From assembly GCA_965214095.1 (NCBI GenBank), contig OZ243938.1:3360001-3424000 (forward strand): a DNA stretch of 64,000 nt. Reading direction: 5' to 3'. The notes below the pieces were generated by a model. It made no database searches and was not told where the DNA came from. It saw only the letters and a list, made by a program, of their open reading frames with translations. Positions 20,803 through 31,586 of the stretch are shown in pieces; within the stretch, counting starts at the first letter, position 1, and each line of letters starts with the position of its first letter. Source of the DNA: Candidatus Poribacteria bacterium (lineage in GTDB: Bacteria; Poribacteria; WGA-4E; WGA-3G). Both the position numbers and the translations under genes were made by a program.

Positions 20803-20838
20803 AAACACCGAATGCAGTTTTGGCATTCGGTGTTATTT
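20803..20838. terminator. Hairpin downstream of leuA, probable terminator
   Basis: AACACCGAATGC/GCATTCGGTGTT stem flanked by A/T runs. Confidence 0.5.
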
Positions 20839-20891
20839 TGGGAGGGCGAGGTCACCTCGCCCCTACGATCATATTACCCGTTTCGAACATT

Positions 20892-20973
20892 GTAGGTCGG
20901 GTAGAGGCACGAAACCCGACTTTATTGATGATAAATGGCTGCATGTCGGGTTTCGTTCCTCTACCCGACCTAC
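20892..20973. repeat. Inverted REP pair (REPIN-like)
   Basis: GTAGGTCGGGTAGAGG..GAAACCCGAC / GTCGGGTTTCG..TCTACCCGACCTAC. Related copy at 46617-46745. Confidence 0.8.
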
Positions 20974-21003
20974 AAGATTAGTGTAGAAATTGAGTGATGC
21001 GTA

Positions 21004-22572
21004 TTACCCCTCTGTGCGGAGATGAATCAGTTTATTGACAGCGTGGATATATGCTTTCGCACTCGCTTCAATGATGTCAGTGCTGGCACCATTGCCGGTG
21101 ATAATGTGTCCGTTATCCTGCACCTTTAAGGTAACCTCACCGATAGCGTCTTCACCTTCCGTTACAGAACGGATTTGGTAATCTATCAGGTTGAGTTTGA
21201 TTTTGACAATCTGATTGATAGCCTTGAAAGCCGCGTCAACAGGACCATCGCCAGTTGAGGCATTTTCAACCAAACCTTCCTCAGTGTGAATACCAACAGT
21301 CGTTGTTGGAGATATTTTCGTCCCACTGACAACTTGAATGTAATCCAGTTCATAGGTAGAGGGTATCGTCCGAATTTCATCACTCATGATCGCCTCAAGA
21401 TCGGCATCATGAATTTCTTTTTTCTTATCCGCTACCCGTAGGAATCTTTCGTAGACCTTTTCTAACTGCTCTTGATCCAGTTCATATCCGAGTTCGCTTA
21501 GACGGTGTCTCAAGGCGTTTCGTCCTGAACGTGGACTGAGAATAAGTTGACTTTCTTTCCATCCGATCTCTTTCGGATCAATGATCTCAAAAGTTACTCG
21601 TGACTTTATAATGCCATCTTGATGAATACCTGAACTGTGGGCAAATGCGTTTTCACCAACGATTGCCTTGTTCGGTTGAACAGGGATACCCATAGTGCGA
21701 CTGACACGTCTGCTGATGGGGACAATCTCTTTTGCATTTATATCGGTATAATAGGATTTGAAGTAATCACGACGGGTTCGGATTGCCATAACGACTTCTT
21801 CTAACGATGTATTTCCAGCGCGTTCCCCGAGTCCATTGATAGTACACTCCACTTGCCGCGCACCTTGTTCAATCGCAATTAGACTGTTTGCTACTGCCAA
21901 TCCTAAATCGTTATGGCAGTGCACACTGATTACAGCATCGTCTATATTTGGAACATTTTCTTTGATACCTGCGATGAGTCCACCGAATTCGGCGGGGACC
22001 GTCCATCCAACAGTTTCTGGTATATTGACGACGGTTGCACCTGCGGCGATAGTCGCTTCAACAACCTTATACAGATAGTTCAATTCTGTGCGACCTGCGT
22101 CCATCGGAGAAAATTCAACTGTGGCATCTGGATGATCTGCACATAAACTCTTTGCGTAGGCAACAGCGTCCACAGCCATTTCCAATGTTCTCTCTGGTGT
22201 TGTGCGTGTGATACGTTCCATGTGGATATTAGATGTGCCGACAAAGGTATGAATACGTGCACGCGGCGCATCCTGTATTGCTTTCCATGCTGCCGTGATG
22301 TCCTTTTCAACGACACGCGAAAGCGCGCAGATTTCAGGTCCCTTAACTTCGTTAGCTATCTGTTGAACAGCATCAAAATCTCCCGGTGACGAAATTGGAA
22401 ATCCAGCTTCTATGACATCAACATTTAATTTCGCAAGGTGCTTGGCAATCTCCAATTTTTCTTCAATGCCGAGAGCGGCTCCGGGAGTTTGCTCCGCATC
22501 TCGGAGTGTTGTATCAAATATAAGAACCTTTTCTTGGTTAGATTCAAAATCGTCCACGGTTGTGTCCTCCAT
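21004..22572 (-). CDS. leuA: 2-isopropylmalate synthase
   Basis: [31 protein letters not shown] and C-terminal GDGPVDA regulatory domain. Confidence 0.95.
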   Translation of the reverse strand: MEDTTVDDFESNQEKVLIFDTTLRDAEQTPGAALGIEEKLEIAKHLAKLNVDVIEAGFPISSPGDFDAVQQIANEVKGPEICALSRVVEKDITAAWKAIQDAPRARIHTFVGTSNIHMERITRTTPERTLEMAVDAVAYAKSLCADHPDATVEFSPMDAGRTELNYLYKVVEATIAAGATVVNIPETVGWTVPAEFGGLIAGIKENVPNIDDAVISVHCHNDLGLAVANSLIAIEQGARQVECTINGLGERAGNTSLEEVVMAIRTRRDYFKSYYTDINAKEIVPISRRVSRTMGIPVQPNKAIVGENAFAHSSGIHQDGIIKSRVTFEIIDPKEIGWKESQLILSPRSGRNALRHRLSELGYELDQEQLEKVYERFLRVADKKKEIHDADLEAIMSDEIRTIPSTYELDYIQVVSGTKISPTTTVGIHTEEGLVENASTGDGPVDAAFKAINQIVKIKLNLIDYQIRSVTEGEDAIGEVTLKVQDNGHIITGNGASTDIIEASAKAYIHAVNKLIHLRTEG

Positions 22573-22644
22573 AAGAGTTAACTGTTTATTGTAAGCACAA
22601 ATTGTTTCGTCTTACAACGTAATTTATTATATTTGTTTCTTTAC

Positions 22645-23670
22645 TTATATTTCACGACCAACAGCGATAGCAATCGGTTTTAGTTCTTGCATTAGTGTTT
22701 CAAATTGTTCAGGAAACAGTGACTGTGCTCCATCACCTGTCATTGAATGGTCTGGATCATGGTGAACTTCCAATAATAGTCCATCGGCTCCTGCAGCAAC
22801 GGATGCTTTTGTCATGTCACTCACAAGACTTCTTATCCCAGTGCCGTGACTCGGGTCAACAACGATGGGAAGATGACTCAATTCATGAATGACAGGTACT
22901 GCGTTAAGGTCCAGTGTGTTTCGTGTGTGGGTTTCATAAGTTCGGATACCCCGTTCACAGAGGATTACGTCTGGATTCCCTTCAGAAAGAATATATTCTG
23001 CAGCGAGTAACCATTCTTCAATTGTTGAAGCCATTCCACGTTTCAGAATAACAGGTTTTTGGGAACGTCCCACTTCACGCAATAGATAGAAGTTTGTCAT
23101 ATTCCGCGTGCCGAGTTGAAAGATGTCTGTGTATTCCCCGACGAGCTCAACTTCATGAGGTGTCATGACTTCTGTAACAATGCCTAAACCAGTTTCCTGT
23201 TTTGCTGCGACAAGCATCTTCAGCGCATCAGTGCCAAAACCTTGGAAACTGTATGGACCAGTGCGAGGTTTAAACGCACCCCCTCTAATAAAACCGGCTC
23301 CTGCATTTTTCACGAGTTTTGCAATAGTTACAATCTGTTCGGTACTCTCAACTGCACAAGGACCCGCCATGACTGCTAACTTCCGTCCCCCAATTTTTGT
23401 CCCGTTTGAAGAGATAACAGTCGGTTCTTCCCGAAACTGACGGCTTGCTAATTTATATGGGGCAGTGATCGGCATCGTCCTTTCTACGCCTGACATTGAC
23501 CCTATCGGCATATCACCAAGCAATGTTTTATCTCCTATTACACCGATGACGGTGCGTTGTTCACCAGTTGATACCTGTGCTTTCAACCCAACACTTTCAA
23601 TTCTCTTGACAATCGCGTCAATCTGTTCAGGTGTTGCATCCGTTTTGGTAATAATTACCATGGTTATCAA
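22645..23670 (-). CDS. aroF: DAHP synthase (type I beta, N-terminal regulatory domain)
   Basis: AGPCAVES, RGGAFKPRT, LCERGIRT and DPSHGTG motifs. Confidence 0.95.
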   Translation of the reverse strand: MITMVIITKTDATPEQIDAIVKRIESVGLKAQVSTGEQRTVIGVIGDKTLLGDMPIGSMSGVERTMPITAPYKLASRQFREEPTVISSNGTKIGGRKLAVMAGPCAVESTEQIVTIAKLVKNAGAGFIRGGAFKPRTGPYSFQGFGTDALKMLVAAKQETGLGIVTEVMTPHEVELVGEYTDIFQLGTRNMTNFYLLREVGRSQKPVILKRGMASTIEEWLLAAEYILSEGNPDVILCERGIRTYETHTRNTLDLNAVPVIHELSHLPIVVDPSHGTGIRSLVSDMTKASVAAGADGLLLEVHHDPDHSMTGDGAQSLFPEQFETLMQELKPIAIAVGREI

Positions 23671-23716
23671 TTCCCTCCGACAATAACTCTGTTTCGAGTC
23701 AACGTTGATTACTACT

Positions 23717-23756
23717 AAAAAAATAACCCAACATCGAACTCTTATCGACGTTGGGT
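23717..23756 (-). terminator. Attenuator terminator in the aroF leader
   Basis: Minus strand ACCCAACGTCGA-loop-TCGATGTTGGGT followed by TATTTTTTT. Confidence 0.85.
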
Positions 23757-23806
23757 GGTGATGAATGAAATCGGTTTAGAACATTTTCATAAGTGCATAT
23801 AAACTA

Positions 23807-23956
23807 TCACCACTTACCGCCGTAGTACGTAAACGGGTACAACCCGAGCGTAAAGAGTGCCCAAAGGCTAAAGTAAAAGCCTCGTAATATTATTCGTGTG
23901 GATAGGTTGGCACTTGTTAGTACTGTAGCGATGGTAGTGTGTTCAAACTTTTGCAT
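23807..23956 (-). CDS. Aromatic/Leu-rich leader peptide (49 aa)
   Basis: MQKFEHTTIATVLTSANLSTRIILRGFYFSLWALFTLGLYPFTYYGGKW*, AGGTG RBS, lies upstream of the terminator and aroF. Confidence 0.8.
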   Translation of the reverse strand: MQKFEHTTIATVLTSANLSTRIILRGFYFSLWALFTLGLYPFTYYGGKW

Positions 23957-24116
23957 CACAAAGACACCTAATTGTTCTATTGTTGTAGACCTTTTTCCGT
24001 ATTTGTTATCTTATAATACGTGTTTCTAAGCAAAACGTTTAAAATAAAACTATTTTTAATATTATAACACATTTTGTGGTGTTAAGTCAATTTTTGATTT
24101 TTCACCCAAGGGTATT

Positions 24117-24253
24117 TATAGTAAAATGTGAAATTAACAATACACTTTCCATTTAGAAAAACGCGTTTGTAGTCGCGCAATTCATTGCGCCTCTTACATT
24201 ATATGAATATGCAATTGGGACAATATGTTTCATTAATTGTAAGTTTTACTATA
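24117..24253. mobile_element. 137-bp TATAGT MITE with REP-like core
   Basis: Near-identical to 15570-15706. Confidence 0.8.
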
Positions 24254-24370
24254 AAACTAAAATAATTTAGAAAAAGGGATTCCATATTGATTTTAACTTT
24301 TAGTAGATTTAAGCATCATACATTAACGAAAAACTTGTTTTAACTTGCTGATTTTTTGGTCTGAATTACC

Positions 24371-24853
24371 TGTACTGCCATCGGAAATTTAGACCACTAC
24401 CTAAGATAAGATTGTGATATAATTACAACCTTGTTAGAAGGAGAAATCCGATGGCGAAACGAAGAAGATTCACCCCAGAATTTAAAGCTGAAGTTGTCAT
24501 TGAGGCACTGTGCGGTGAAAGTTCACAAGCGGAACTTTGTCGCAAACATAACCTCAGCGATGTCCAGCTCTCAAAGTGGAAACGTCAACTTCTTGAAAAT
24601 GCGGCATCCTCTTTGAACCTATTGATAAACAGACCCATGCGTCTCAACAGCGGATCACTACCTTGGCTGAAAAACGAGGCGTTGTCCAAACTTTGCGAAC
24701 CGATTATTCGGTGCGACAGATTGAATTTGAGAAAGAACATTCGTCTTAACTTTACGAAATTATGGTCTAAAAAAATCAACACCTATTGAATTTGAGAATG
24801 AATACTTGTCTTAACTTTACGAAATTATGGTCTAAAAAATCGATGGCACTTCA
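24371..24853 (+). mobile_element. Internally deleted IS3-family element
   Basis: TG...CA imperfect TIRs (TGCCATCG..TTTAGACCA), OrfA fragment at 24451 (RRRFTPEFKAEVV...WKRQ), duplicated ~60-bp right-end segment. Confidence 0.75.
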
Positions 24854-24937
24854 GTTCTGGAGAAATGAAACAATTTGTAATTAATCTTTACAACATTTAT
24901 GAAATAATAACTTTATGGGACAAATACCAATTTTTTA

Positions 24938-25705
24938 ATGGAAATTCGGTATTTGTCTCAAAATCGAAGAGGTGATATCATGCTGACTTGGAAACGTATC
25001 TTTCTTGCTTCATCCATTTTGTGTGTTACAGTAATAATTGGATGGACAACATGGTATTTATGCATTGTTCGTCCTCAATTAGTTGAAAAACCAGCAATTA
25101 AAATTAATGCCAAAAACACCAGAACAGTGGATGATACACCAGACGTAACGACTGCAAAAACATCTCAAGGACAGAAATTTTCTCAGGAAGATGATGACAC
25201 CACTGCTGATACACATGTAGAAAGTGAGGAGTCCGTAAACACGTTGCCAGACTCTGTGTCAGAAGCATTAAAACAGCACACACATCATCAGGATGAGTCA
25301 CATGACCATAATCACAAAGAATTAAATGCCAAGGAAATGGAAAAGGAAAGAAAGTATCTTGAGAATGTCAAAAGCGAGTTTAATGAACTCAAAGCCAAGA
25401 TAAATGAACTCAAGAAGCATTCAGAAAAACGAAATACAGAAATTGCAAATTATTTAAACTCTCTTTCTGCTGAAGAGCAGCAAGTTTACTTTGAAAATAT
25501 CCGAAGTGGTAAAGTGCTTGAAGAAATGCCATCTAATTTTTTTGAATCAGCAAGGGCAAATTTGAAATCAGAAAAATATTCAGAGGAAGCAATAGACGAA
25601 GTCCTTGGTTCTTTTAAACAAGAGATACAGAACTTTGCTTCAGAAGCCGGCGCGAAAAAGCATTTAGAGAAGCTTCGGGATCATGGATTTGTACCGAAGT
25701 TCTGA
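24938..25705 (+). CDS. Hypothetical membrane-anchored protein
   Basis: N-terminal TM, His-rich linker, coiled coil. Start may be at 24980. Confidence 0.65.
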   Translation: MEIRYLSQNRRGDIMLTWKRIFLASSILCVTVIIGWTTWYLCIVRPQLVEKPAIKINAKNTRTVDDTPDVTTAKTSQGQKFSQEDDDTTADTHVESEESVNTLPDSVSEALKQHTHHQDESHDHNHKELNAKEMEKERKYLENVKSEFNELKAKINELKKHSEKRNTEIANYLNSLSAEEQQVYFENIRSGKVLEEMPSNFFESARANLKSEKYSEEAIDEVLGSFKQEIQNFASEAGAKKHLEKLRDHGFVPKF

Positions 25706-25989
25706 GAAAATGGAGAACCACTTCTTTAATAATAGAATACAAGCATTAGCAACAATACCAGATTGTATTGCTCAATTCCGAATTTACTGCATTGTTTCGT
25801 GCAAAATATGTTATTGAAAAAATAGATCTCATCACCGCACGGAACCTGTGCGAGAACCTCTATAAAGGTATTTGACACAAAGCCAGTTCGGTTAGGAAAC
25901 CGAACCTACCGTCACGGGGAATAACGTGTAATTCTGCTTAAATTGACGCATAAGGTGCAAGTTTAATAACAATTACAAGTCAGTTGCTA

Positions 25990-27228
25990 TTAGCCCTCAA
26001 GCACAACGCGGTGATAACGTTTCTTACCAGCACGGAGTAGCAGTGCATCTTCATCTAACATGTTGGCATCGACGATAGTATCTATTGTATTATATTGTTT
26101 TTCATTGATATATGCACCGCCTTGCTGAATTAGTCGGCGCGCTTCACTCTTTGAGGTAGCTAATCCGACTTGATGGAAGAGGTCCATAATCGGAATACCA
26201 GTGTTTAGTTGGTCGGCAGGGATAGTAGTGGTTGGCATTGCATCAAGGTCAAGTCCACCGCCACCAAACGCAGCCTGCGATGTTTCTTGTGCCTTGTCTG
26301 CTTCGGCCTTTCCGTGTGCAAGTTTAGTCGCTTGGTATGCGAGGACCGCTTTTGCTTCTCGTATAGCATCATGTTCCAAATTCCCAAGTCGTCGTACTTC
26401 ATCCATTGGTAAGAAGGTAAAATATGCTAAGAACCGCTCAACATCACGGTCATCAATATTAATCCAGTACTGATAAAATTGGTAAGGAGATGTTTTTTCT
26501 GCATCAAGCCACACTGCACCACCAGCAGTTTTTCCCATTTTGGCACCACCTGCTGAAGTGAGCAGAGGGAATGTCAGACCATGCACACGTTCCCCTTCAA
26601 TCCTACGCACCAGGTCCACTCCAGCGAGGATATTACCCCACTGGTCGTCACCACCAAGTTGTAGCACACAATCGTACTTTTGGAATAGACACAGATAGTC
26701 ATAAGCTTGTAGTAGTTGATAATTAAATTCAAGGAAGGAGAGTCCTAATTCACGTTCAAGTCGTTGTCGGTATCCCTCAGCGCGTATCATTTCATTAACA
26801 CGAAAATGTTTGCCAATATCGCGTAGAAATTCAATATAGTTTAGCGATAGTAACCATTCAGCGTTATTCAAAAACAGTCCTGCATTGTTGTCTAAATGCA
26901 GATAACGTTGTAATTGTTTGAGGATACGTGCCCCGTTTTTATCTACTTGCTCAACAGAGATCATAGGTCGCATTTCTGTTTTATCAGTTGGGTCACCAAT
27001 CATTGTTGTGCCACCACCGATAATTGCGATAGGTTTATGTCCAGCGCGTTGTAGATGTGCCATCGCCATTATTGGTACAAGACTTCCAGCATGTAAACTG
27101 TCTGCGGTGGGATCAAAACCGACATAATATGTGATTGGATTGTCAGAGAGGACTTTTGATACGTCTTCTGCGTTCGTACACTGTTGCACGAAACCACGTT
27201 CTTGTAGGGATTCAAAGATATTTGACAT
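25990..27228 (-). CDS. tyrS: Tyrosine--tRNA ligase
   Basis: GFDPTADSLHAG, QLGGDDQWGN, KMGKT and C-terminal S4 domain. Confidence 0.96.
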   Translation of the reverse strand: MSNIFESLQERGFVQQCTNAEDVSKVLSDNPITYYVGFDPTADSLHAGSLVPIMAMAHLQRAGHKPIAIIGGGTTMIGDPTDKTEMRPMISVEQVDKNGARILKQLQRYLHLDNNAGLFLNNAEWLLSLNYIEFLRDIGKHFRVNEMIRAEGYRQRLERELGLSFLEFNYQLLQAYDYLCLFQKYDCVLQLGGDDQWGNILAGVDLVRRIEGERVHGLTFPLLTSAGGAKMGKTAGGAVWLDAEKTSPYQFYQYWINIDDRDVERFLAYFTFLPMDEVRRLGNLEHDAIREAKAVLAYQATKLAHGKAEADKAQETSQAAFGGGGLDLDAMPTTTIPADQLNTGIPIMDLFHQVGLATSKSEARRLIQQGGAYINEKQYNTIDTIVDANMLDEDALLLRAGKKRYHRVVLEG

Positions 27229-27310
27229 GGAAAAGGTTCCTTAATAAAATTATGATACCGATGTTAATGATACCACAGGGGTATTAGATTGTCAAATCAG
27301 ATGTAATGTA

Positions 27311-27413
27311 TATAGTGAATTATAAATATAAGTTGACACTTTCGCTCCACGGTAGGGGAGGTTTCCTAACCTCGCCGATGCAGAGTGTTCGAGTAATTTC
27401 AAAATCTACTATA
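27311..27413. mobile_element. TATAGT-type MITE with GTAGGGGAGGTTTCCTAACCTCGCC core
   Basis: TATAGTGAAT...TCTACTATA ends around a GTAG hairpin. Confidence 0.6.
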
Positions 27414-27419
27414 TTATAG

Positions 27420-27448
27420 TTGACAGATGCAAAATGATTGTGTATACT
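27420..27448 (+). promoter_or_regulatory. Sigma70-type promoter
   Basis: TTGACA-17 nt-TATACT. Confidence 0.55.
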
Positions 27449-27527
27449 TAATAAACATTTTTCAATTTGGTATGTTCCATCTGAGATGTTTTGATATACT
27501 ATATCCTATAAAGTAAAATTATATACC

Positions 27528-28649
27528 ATGGCTAAGAAAAAAAGTAGATCCGCAAATGTTGCGCGGAAACGCGAGAAACGGAATCGCAGTCGAAAATCCA
27601 GATGTAAACAGTTAGCAGCTGAAAAACAAAGAAAACAATCCTATGGAAAGATAGATGAGGAAGGTTTACGTACTTGTTTAATCAAAAGTCGTGACTTGCT
27701 AAATGAACCAGAATTTGAGGAAGTACACTTTGACATAGATTTGATGTATGAAGAGTTGTTTACGTTACTCAGAGACAATAGCGAAACTGAGACACCTACA
27801 TATCAGATAGATGTTGGACCTAAGGTTATAGGCGTTGAAAGTGAAGAACAATATCACTCTAATAATGAGACAGCAGAATTTGAAGAGCTTTGCGAAAAGT
27901 TTCGAACAGTCGTTTTGCGTCGTTTAATTACGCCAAAGTTTATTCGTACGTTGCAATCTGCACTCTCTGCATGCGAAAAACGTTTTAAACAAATTGGAGA
28001 ACGGGACCGGGCAGAGGTGGCTTATGTATCTTATACACTTTTTGAGGTAATGCCACAACATATTATGATTGAACACCCGTTGATAATAGATATAGGTCTG
28101 AAAACGATGCAGTATTTGGTTGATGCACCGTTCTCCATGAAGATGGGTAGTACGGATGTTAGAGAGGTCGTTTCAAGTATGCTGAAAACTGAAACTGCAG
28201 AATATGAAGCAGGTGAAATGTCAAACATCATATCTGATGCTATTGTTCAGAAACCTGCATTTTCAGAGGTTAAAGCTCCACCTGAACCATCTACCACTGT
28301 CTTGACCATAGAAAGCAACGTATCTACACCTGAGTCAAATTCACTACCATCACCCGAAACGTTGCCTGCGAAAGCACTCTACAAAAACTTTGATGGTATG
28401 GCTATTAAGAATGTATTAAAAGAATGGCAAAAGGATTCTCTTGAGAATGAATCCGAAACACAACTTGATCTGTTTAATGAGGATAAGGATCTATATATAA
28501 CAATCACGGAAAACAGAATACAACTTTATGCACAATCTGTAGAAAAATTAGATATAGCGATGGAACTCCTTGAAGAATATTGTCAATCGGGGGTAATGTT
28601 TCTTGCTAAAACTATTGAAGAAGGAGGTAGTGTAGATGCCACGGAGTAA
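27528..28649 (+). CDS. Hypothetical protein with basic N-terminus
   Basis: 373-aa ORF, no family recognised. Confidence 0.7.
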   Translation: MAKKKSRSANVARKREKRNRSRKSRCKQLAAEKQRKQSYGKIDEEGLRTCLIKSRDLLNEPEFEEVHFDIDLMYEELFTLLRDNSETETPTYQIDVGPKVIGVESEEQYHSNNETAEFEELCEKFRTVVLRRLITPKFIRTLQSALSACEKRFKQIGERDRAEVAYVSYTLFEVMPQHIMIEHPLIIDIGLKTMQYLVDAPFSMKMGSTDVREVVSSMLKTETAEYEAGEMSNIISDAIVQKPAFSEVKAPPEPSTTVLTIESNVSTPESNSLPSPETLPAKALYKNFDGMAIKNVLKEWQKDSLENESETQLDLFNEDKDLYITITENRIQLYAQSVEKLDIAMELLEEYCQSGVMFLAKTIEEGGSVDATE

Positions 28650-28749
28650 AAGTGGACTAACGAGACGGCGCACACAAATACGGCAACGTCAAAAACGTCG
28701 TTTGAAAAGGCAAAAAGCAGCTAAAAAAGAAGCGTTGCAGAAGCAATAA
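28636..28749 (+). CDS. Small highly basic protein (37 aa)
   Basis: MPRSKSGLTRRRTQIRQRQKRRLKRQKAAKKEALQKQ*, AAGGAGGT RBS, followed by a GGGACGGG/CCCGTCC hairpin. Confidence 0.65.
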   Translation: MPRSKSGLTRRRTQIRQRQKRRLKRQKAAKKEALQKQ

Positions 28750-28859
28750 TTGATAATTCTGATGGGACGGGTGTGAATCCCGTCCTGCCCGATATTGCAA
28801 TTTTTAAAGATAGATAGTTATGATAATTCAAAATTAATTGTAGAAATCATGTGTTTTTC

Positions 28860-29052
28860 TTGACATTCTTAATAATAATGAGTATAATTATCAGCAATCG
28901 TGTGAGAATAGGCATAACTCACATATATATCTCATTAGTTGTTATTAAACATAACTTAGGATAATGAGATTCGTTATCAAATATTGACATATCCGAAACC
29001 TATTTGGATTTGGGTTCAACTCAAAGATATTATGATATTGAGTCTCAATATC
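28860..29052 (+). promoter_or_regulatory. Consensus promoter and two Fur-like boxes
   Basis: TTGACA-17-TATAAT (28860-28888), GATAATGAGATTCGTTATC (28960-28978, 16/19 to the Fur consensus) and palindromic GATATTGAGTCTCAATATC (29034-29052). Confidence 0.7.
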
Positions 29053-29073
29053 ATAATTGACGGCTTCAACTTT

Positions 29074-30291
29074 ATGAAAAAATTATTTCTATTTATTCTA
29101 TCCGCTGCATTAGGATTGTTTCTTATATTCAGTTTCTGTGCTGTCGCTGATACGAACCCATTTTCGGTTTCTGGTTATGGTATTATCAACTATGCACATT
29201 ATGACTGGGAACTTGACCCGAATAGACGTGCATCCATTGATTTAGAACGTCTTGTGGTTGCACCGAAATACCGAATTAACCGGAATATCCGCCTTGAAGC
29301 GGAAGTGGAGTTTGAACACGGCGGGACCGGTAGCACAATGGAATTTGACAAGTTTGAAGAATTTGGCGAATTCGAGATGGAAATTGAAAAAGGTGGCGAA
29401 GTTATTGTTGAAAAACTTGCTGCTGTCTTTTCTATACATCCTTTACTCAACTTTCGTGTGGGACATATCATCGTGCCAGTCGGACTTTTAGCGAAACGGC
29501 ATAGACCACAACATTACTTTACAACAACCCGATCCGAAGCGGAATCGCACATCATTCCGACTATCTGGCACGAGACTGGCGTTGAACTTTTTGGTTCTCT
29601 GGGACCATTGAAATATCAATCACAAATTATCAACGGACTGGATTCAACAGGATTTAGTTCACGGCACTGGATTGTTCCTGGACATCAACTTCGATTTGAG
29701 ACCGTCAATGCTGAAGCACCCGCGTTTGTCGGACGGCTTGATTTTGAATTTGATGAGAATATTGCTGTCGGTATCTCAGGTTATTTTGGCGATACAGCAG
29801 CGAATCGTCCTAAACCAGATGTTGACTTTGATGCTTATGTTGGCATTGTCAGTTTACACGGATTTTATGAGATGAACGGTGTAAAACTGCGTGGGGTATT
29901 CCTTAGCGGGGCACTTCAAAACGCTGACAGATTGTCAAAAGTCAACCGCACACTTTCCAATAATCTTAATGTCAAGCGAACACCGATTGGCAGTACTGCT
30001 CTCGGCTATTATGTTGAGGTAGGTTACGATGTTCTATCGCTTATCAAAACGGACGCATCTTCACCTGAGTTGGATGTGTTCGCTCGTTTTGATTATTACG
30101 ATACGATGGCAAGTGTTGAAGGAATTATCTTTGATAATCCACGGTGGGAAAGAAGGACCATGACTTTTGGAGTTAACTATCACATACATTCACAACTTGT
30201 TTTCAAGAGTCACTATTCACTAAGACGTTTAGCTGCACAAGAAAAAAATAGAGAAAGGACTTTTGCAGTTGGTCTCGGTTTTCAATATTAA
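29074..30291 (+). CDS. Outer-membrane porin-like beta-barrel protein (iron locus)
   Basis: Signal peptide, EVEFEHGG and IIPTIWHETG motifs, aromatic C-terminal residue. Confidence 0.75.
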   Translation: MKKLFLFILSAALGLFLIFSFCAVADTNPFSVSGYGIINYAHYDWELDPNRRASIDLERLVVAPKYRINRNIRLEAEVEFEHGGTGSTMEFDKFEEFGEFEMEIEKGGEVIVEKLAAVFSIHPLLNFRVGHIIVPVGLLAKRHRPQHYFTTTRSEAESHIIPTIWHETGVELFGSLGPLKYQSQIINGLDSTGFSSRHWIVPGHQLRFETVNAEAPAFVGRLDFEFDENIAVGISGYFGDTAANRPKPDVDFDAYVGIVSLHGFYEMNGVKLRGVFLSGALQNADRLSKVNRTLSNNLNVKRTPIGSTALGYYVEVGYDVLSLIKTDASSPELDVFARFDYYDTMASVEGIIFDNPRWERRTMTFGVNYHIHSQLVFKSHYSLRRLAAQEKNRERTFAVGLGFQY

Positions 30292-30344
30292 AATACATTT
30301 CAGCGGATGGATACCGCTTTTATAAACCAAGGATGGAGGATTCT

Positions 30345-31448
30345 ATGAAATTCTATAAAGTTTGTACACTGTTCTGTTGTTTCTTACTCACGACCGCATT
30401 GCTTATCGGATGTATGGGTTGTAGTGAGGAGGAGGATGATGGCGATGATCAAGTTGAGGCTTATGATGCCGGTACTATGCTCAATGATTTTGCTAACACT
30501 GTTGTCTTGGCAACCTATACCGATTTAGACAATAAAGCTGGAGAGTTATTGACAGCAGTGAAGGCATTAGCAGAGGATACCACACAAGCAAATCTTGAGA
30601 AAGCGCAGCAAGCATGGGTAGCAACACGTAAACCTTGGGAACAGAGCGAAGCGTTCCTGTTTGGTCCTGTTGATACACAGGGACTTGATCCGGCTTTAGA
30701 TAGTTGGCCTGTTGATCGTGTTAGTTTAAAGGCAGTGTTAGAATCTAACGATGAATTAACTGCTGATTTCGTCAAAGATGGATTAGAAGATACGCAGAAA
30801 GGGTTTCATACTATTGAGTTTCTGCTTTTCCGTGAAGGTGATCAACATAAGGCATCAGATATATCTGACCGAGAACTGGAATATCTGGTTGCTTCCACAG
30901 AGTATCTCAAAGAGAGCACTTCTCAACTACGATTGGCGTGGTCACCCGCAGGTGAAAATTTCAGTAATACTGTTGCATCAGCGGGAGAAGACAATGCTGT
31001 CTATCCATCTCAAAGTTCCGCGATTCAAGAAATGGTCAACGGCATGATTACGATTGCCGATGAGGTGGCAAACGGAAAAATATCTGATCCTTATAACCAA
31101 GAAGATACAACTTTGGTTGAATCTCAATTTAGTTTGAATTCTATCTCGGATTTCCAGGACAACATCCGTGGGGTTCAAAATGTCTATATGGGTAAATTCA
31201 CCAATGATGGACAAGGATTGAATGAATTTGTGAACGGTCAAGATGCTGATTTAGATTCACGTTTCCAGTCTGAGATAAAGAATGCGATTGACGCTATTGG
31301 CGCGATACCAGACCCATTCCGAGATTCAATTACTGCAAACAAATCTGCTGTTCAGGCAGCCATTGACGCTGTCAGTACAGTTCATTTGACACTTGAACAA
31401 GATATACTACCGCTTGTTCAGGAAAGTGAGTTTAATAGTGAAATCTGA
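30345..31448 (+). CDS. Imelysin-family (M75-like) iron-regulated lipoprotein
   Basis: Lipobox, WEQSEAFLFGP, LDSWP and GFHTIEFLLF (GxHxxE). Confidence 0.88.
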   Translation: MKFYKVCTLFCCFLLTTALLIGCMGCSEEEDDGDDQVEAYDAGTMLNDFANTVVLATYTDLDNKAGELLTAVKALAEDTTQANLEKAQQAWVATRKPWEQSEAFLFGPVDTQGLDPALDSWPVDRVSLKAVLESNDELTADFVKDGLEDTQKGFHTIEFLLFREGDQHKASDISDRELEYLVASTEYLKESTSQLRLAWSPAGENFSNTVASAGEDNAVYPSQSSAIQEMVNGMITIADEVANGKISDPYNQEDTTLVESQFSLNSISDFQDNIRGVQNVYMGKFTNDGQGLNEFVNGQDADLDSRFQSEIKNAIDAIGAIPDPFRDSITANKSAVQAAIDAVSTVHLTLEQDILPLVQESEFNSEI

Positions 31449-31570
31449 AATTAACAATACACTTTACATTTAGAAAAACGCGTTTGTAGTCGCGCAATTC
31501 ATTGCGCCTCTTACATTATATAAATAAGTAATTGGGATAGTATGTCTCATTAATTGTCCGTTTTACCATA
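31434..31570. mobile_element. 137-bp TATAGT MITE overlapping the imelysin stop codon
   Basis: Near-identical to 15570-15706. Confidence 0.75.
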
Positions 31571-31586
31571 AATAAACTATATTGAT

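Noticed and set aside
27229-27420. T-box riboswitch upstream of tyrS
   Set aside because: No T-box consensus or terminator seen. The region is occupied by a MITE.
28984-29073. N-terminal extension of the porin ORF
   Set aside because: It overlaps a Fur-like box, and the signal peptide begins at ATG 29074.
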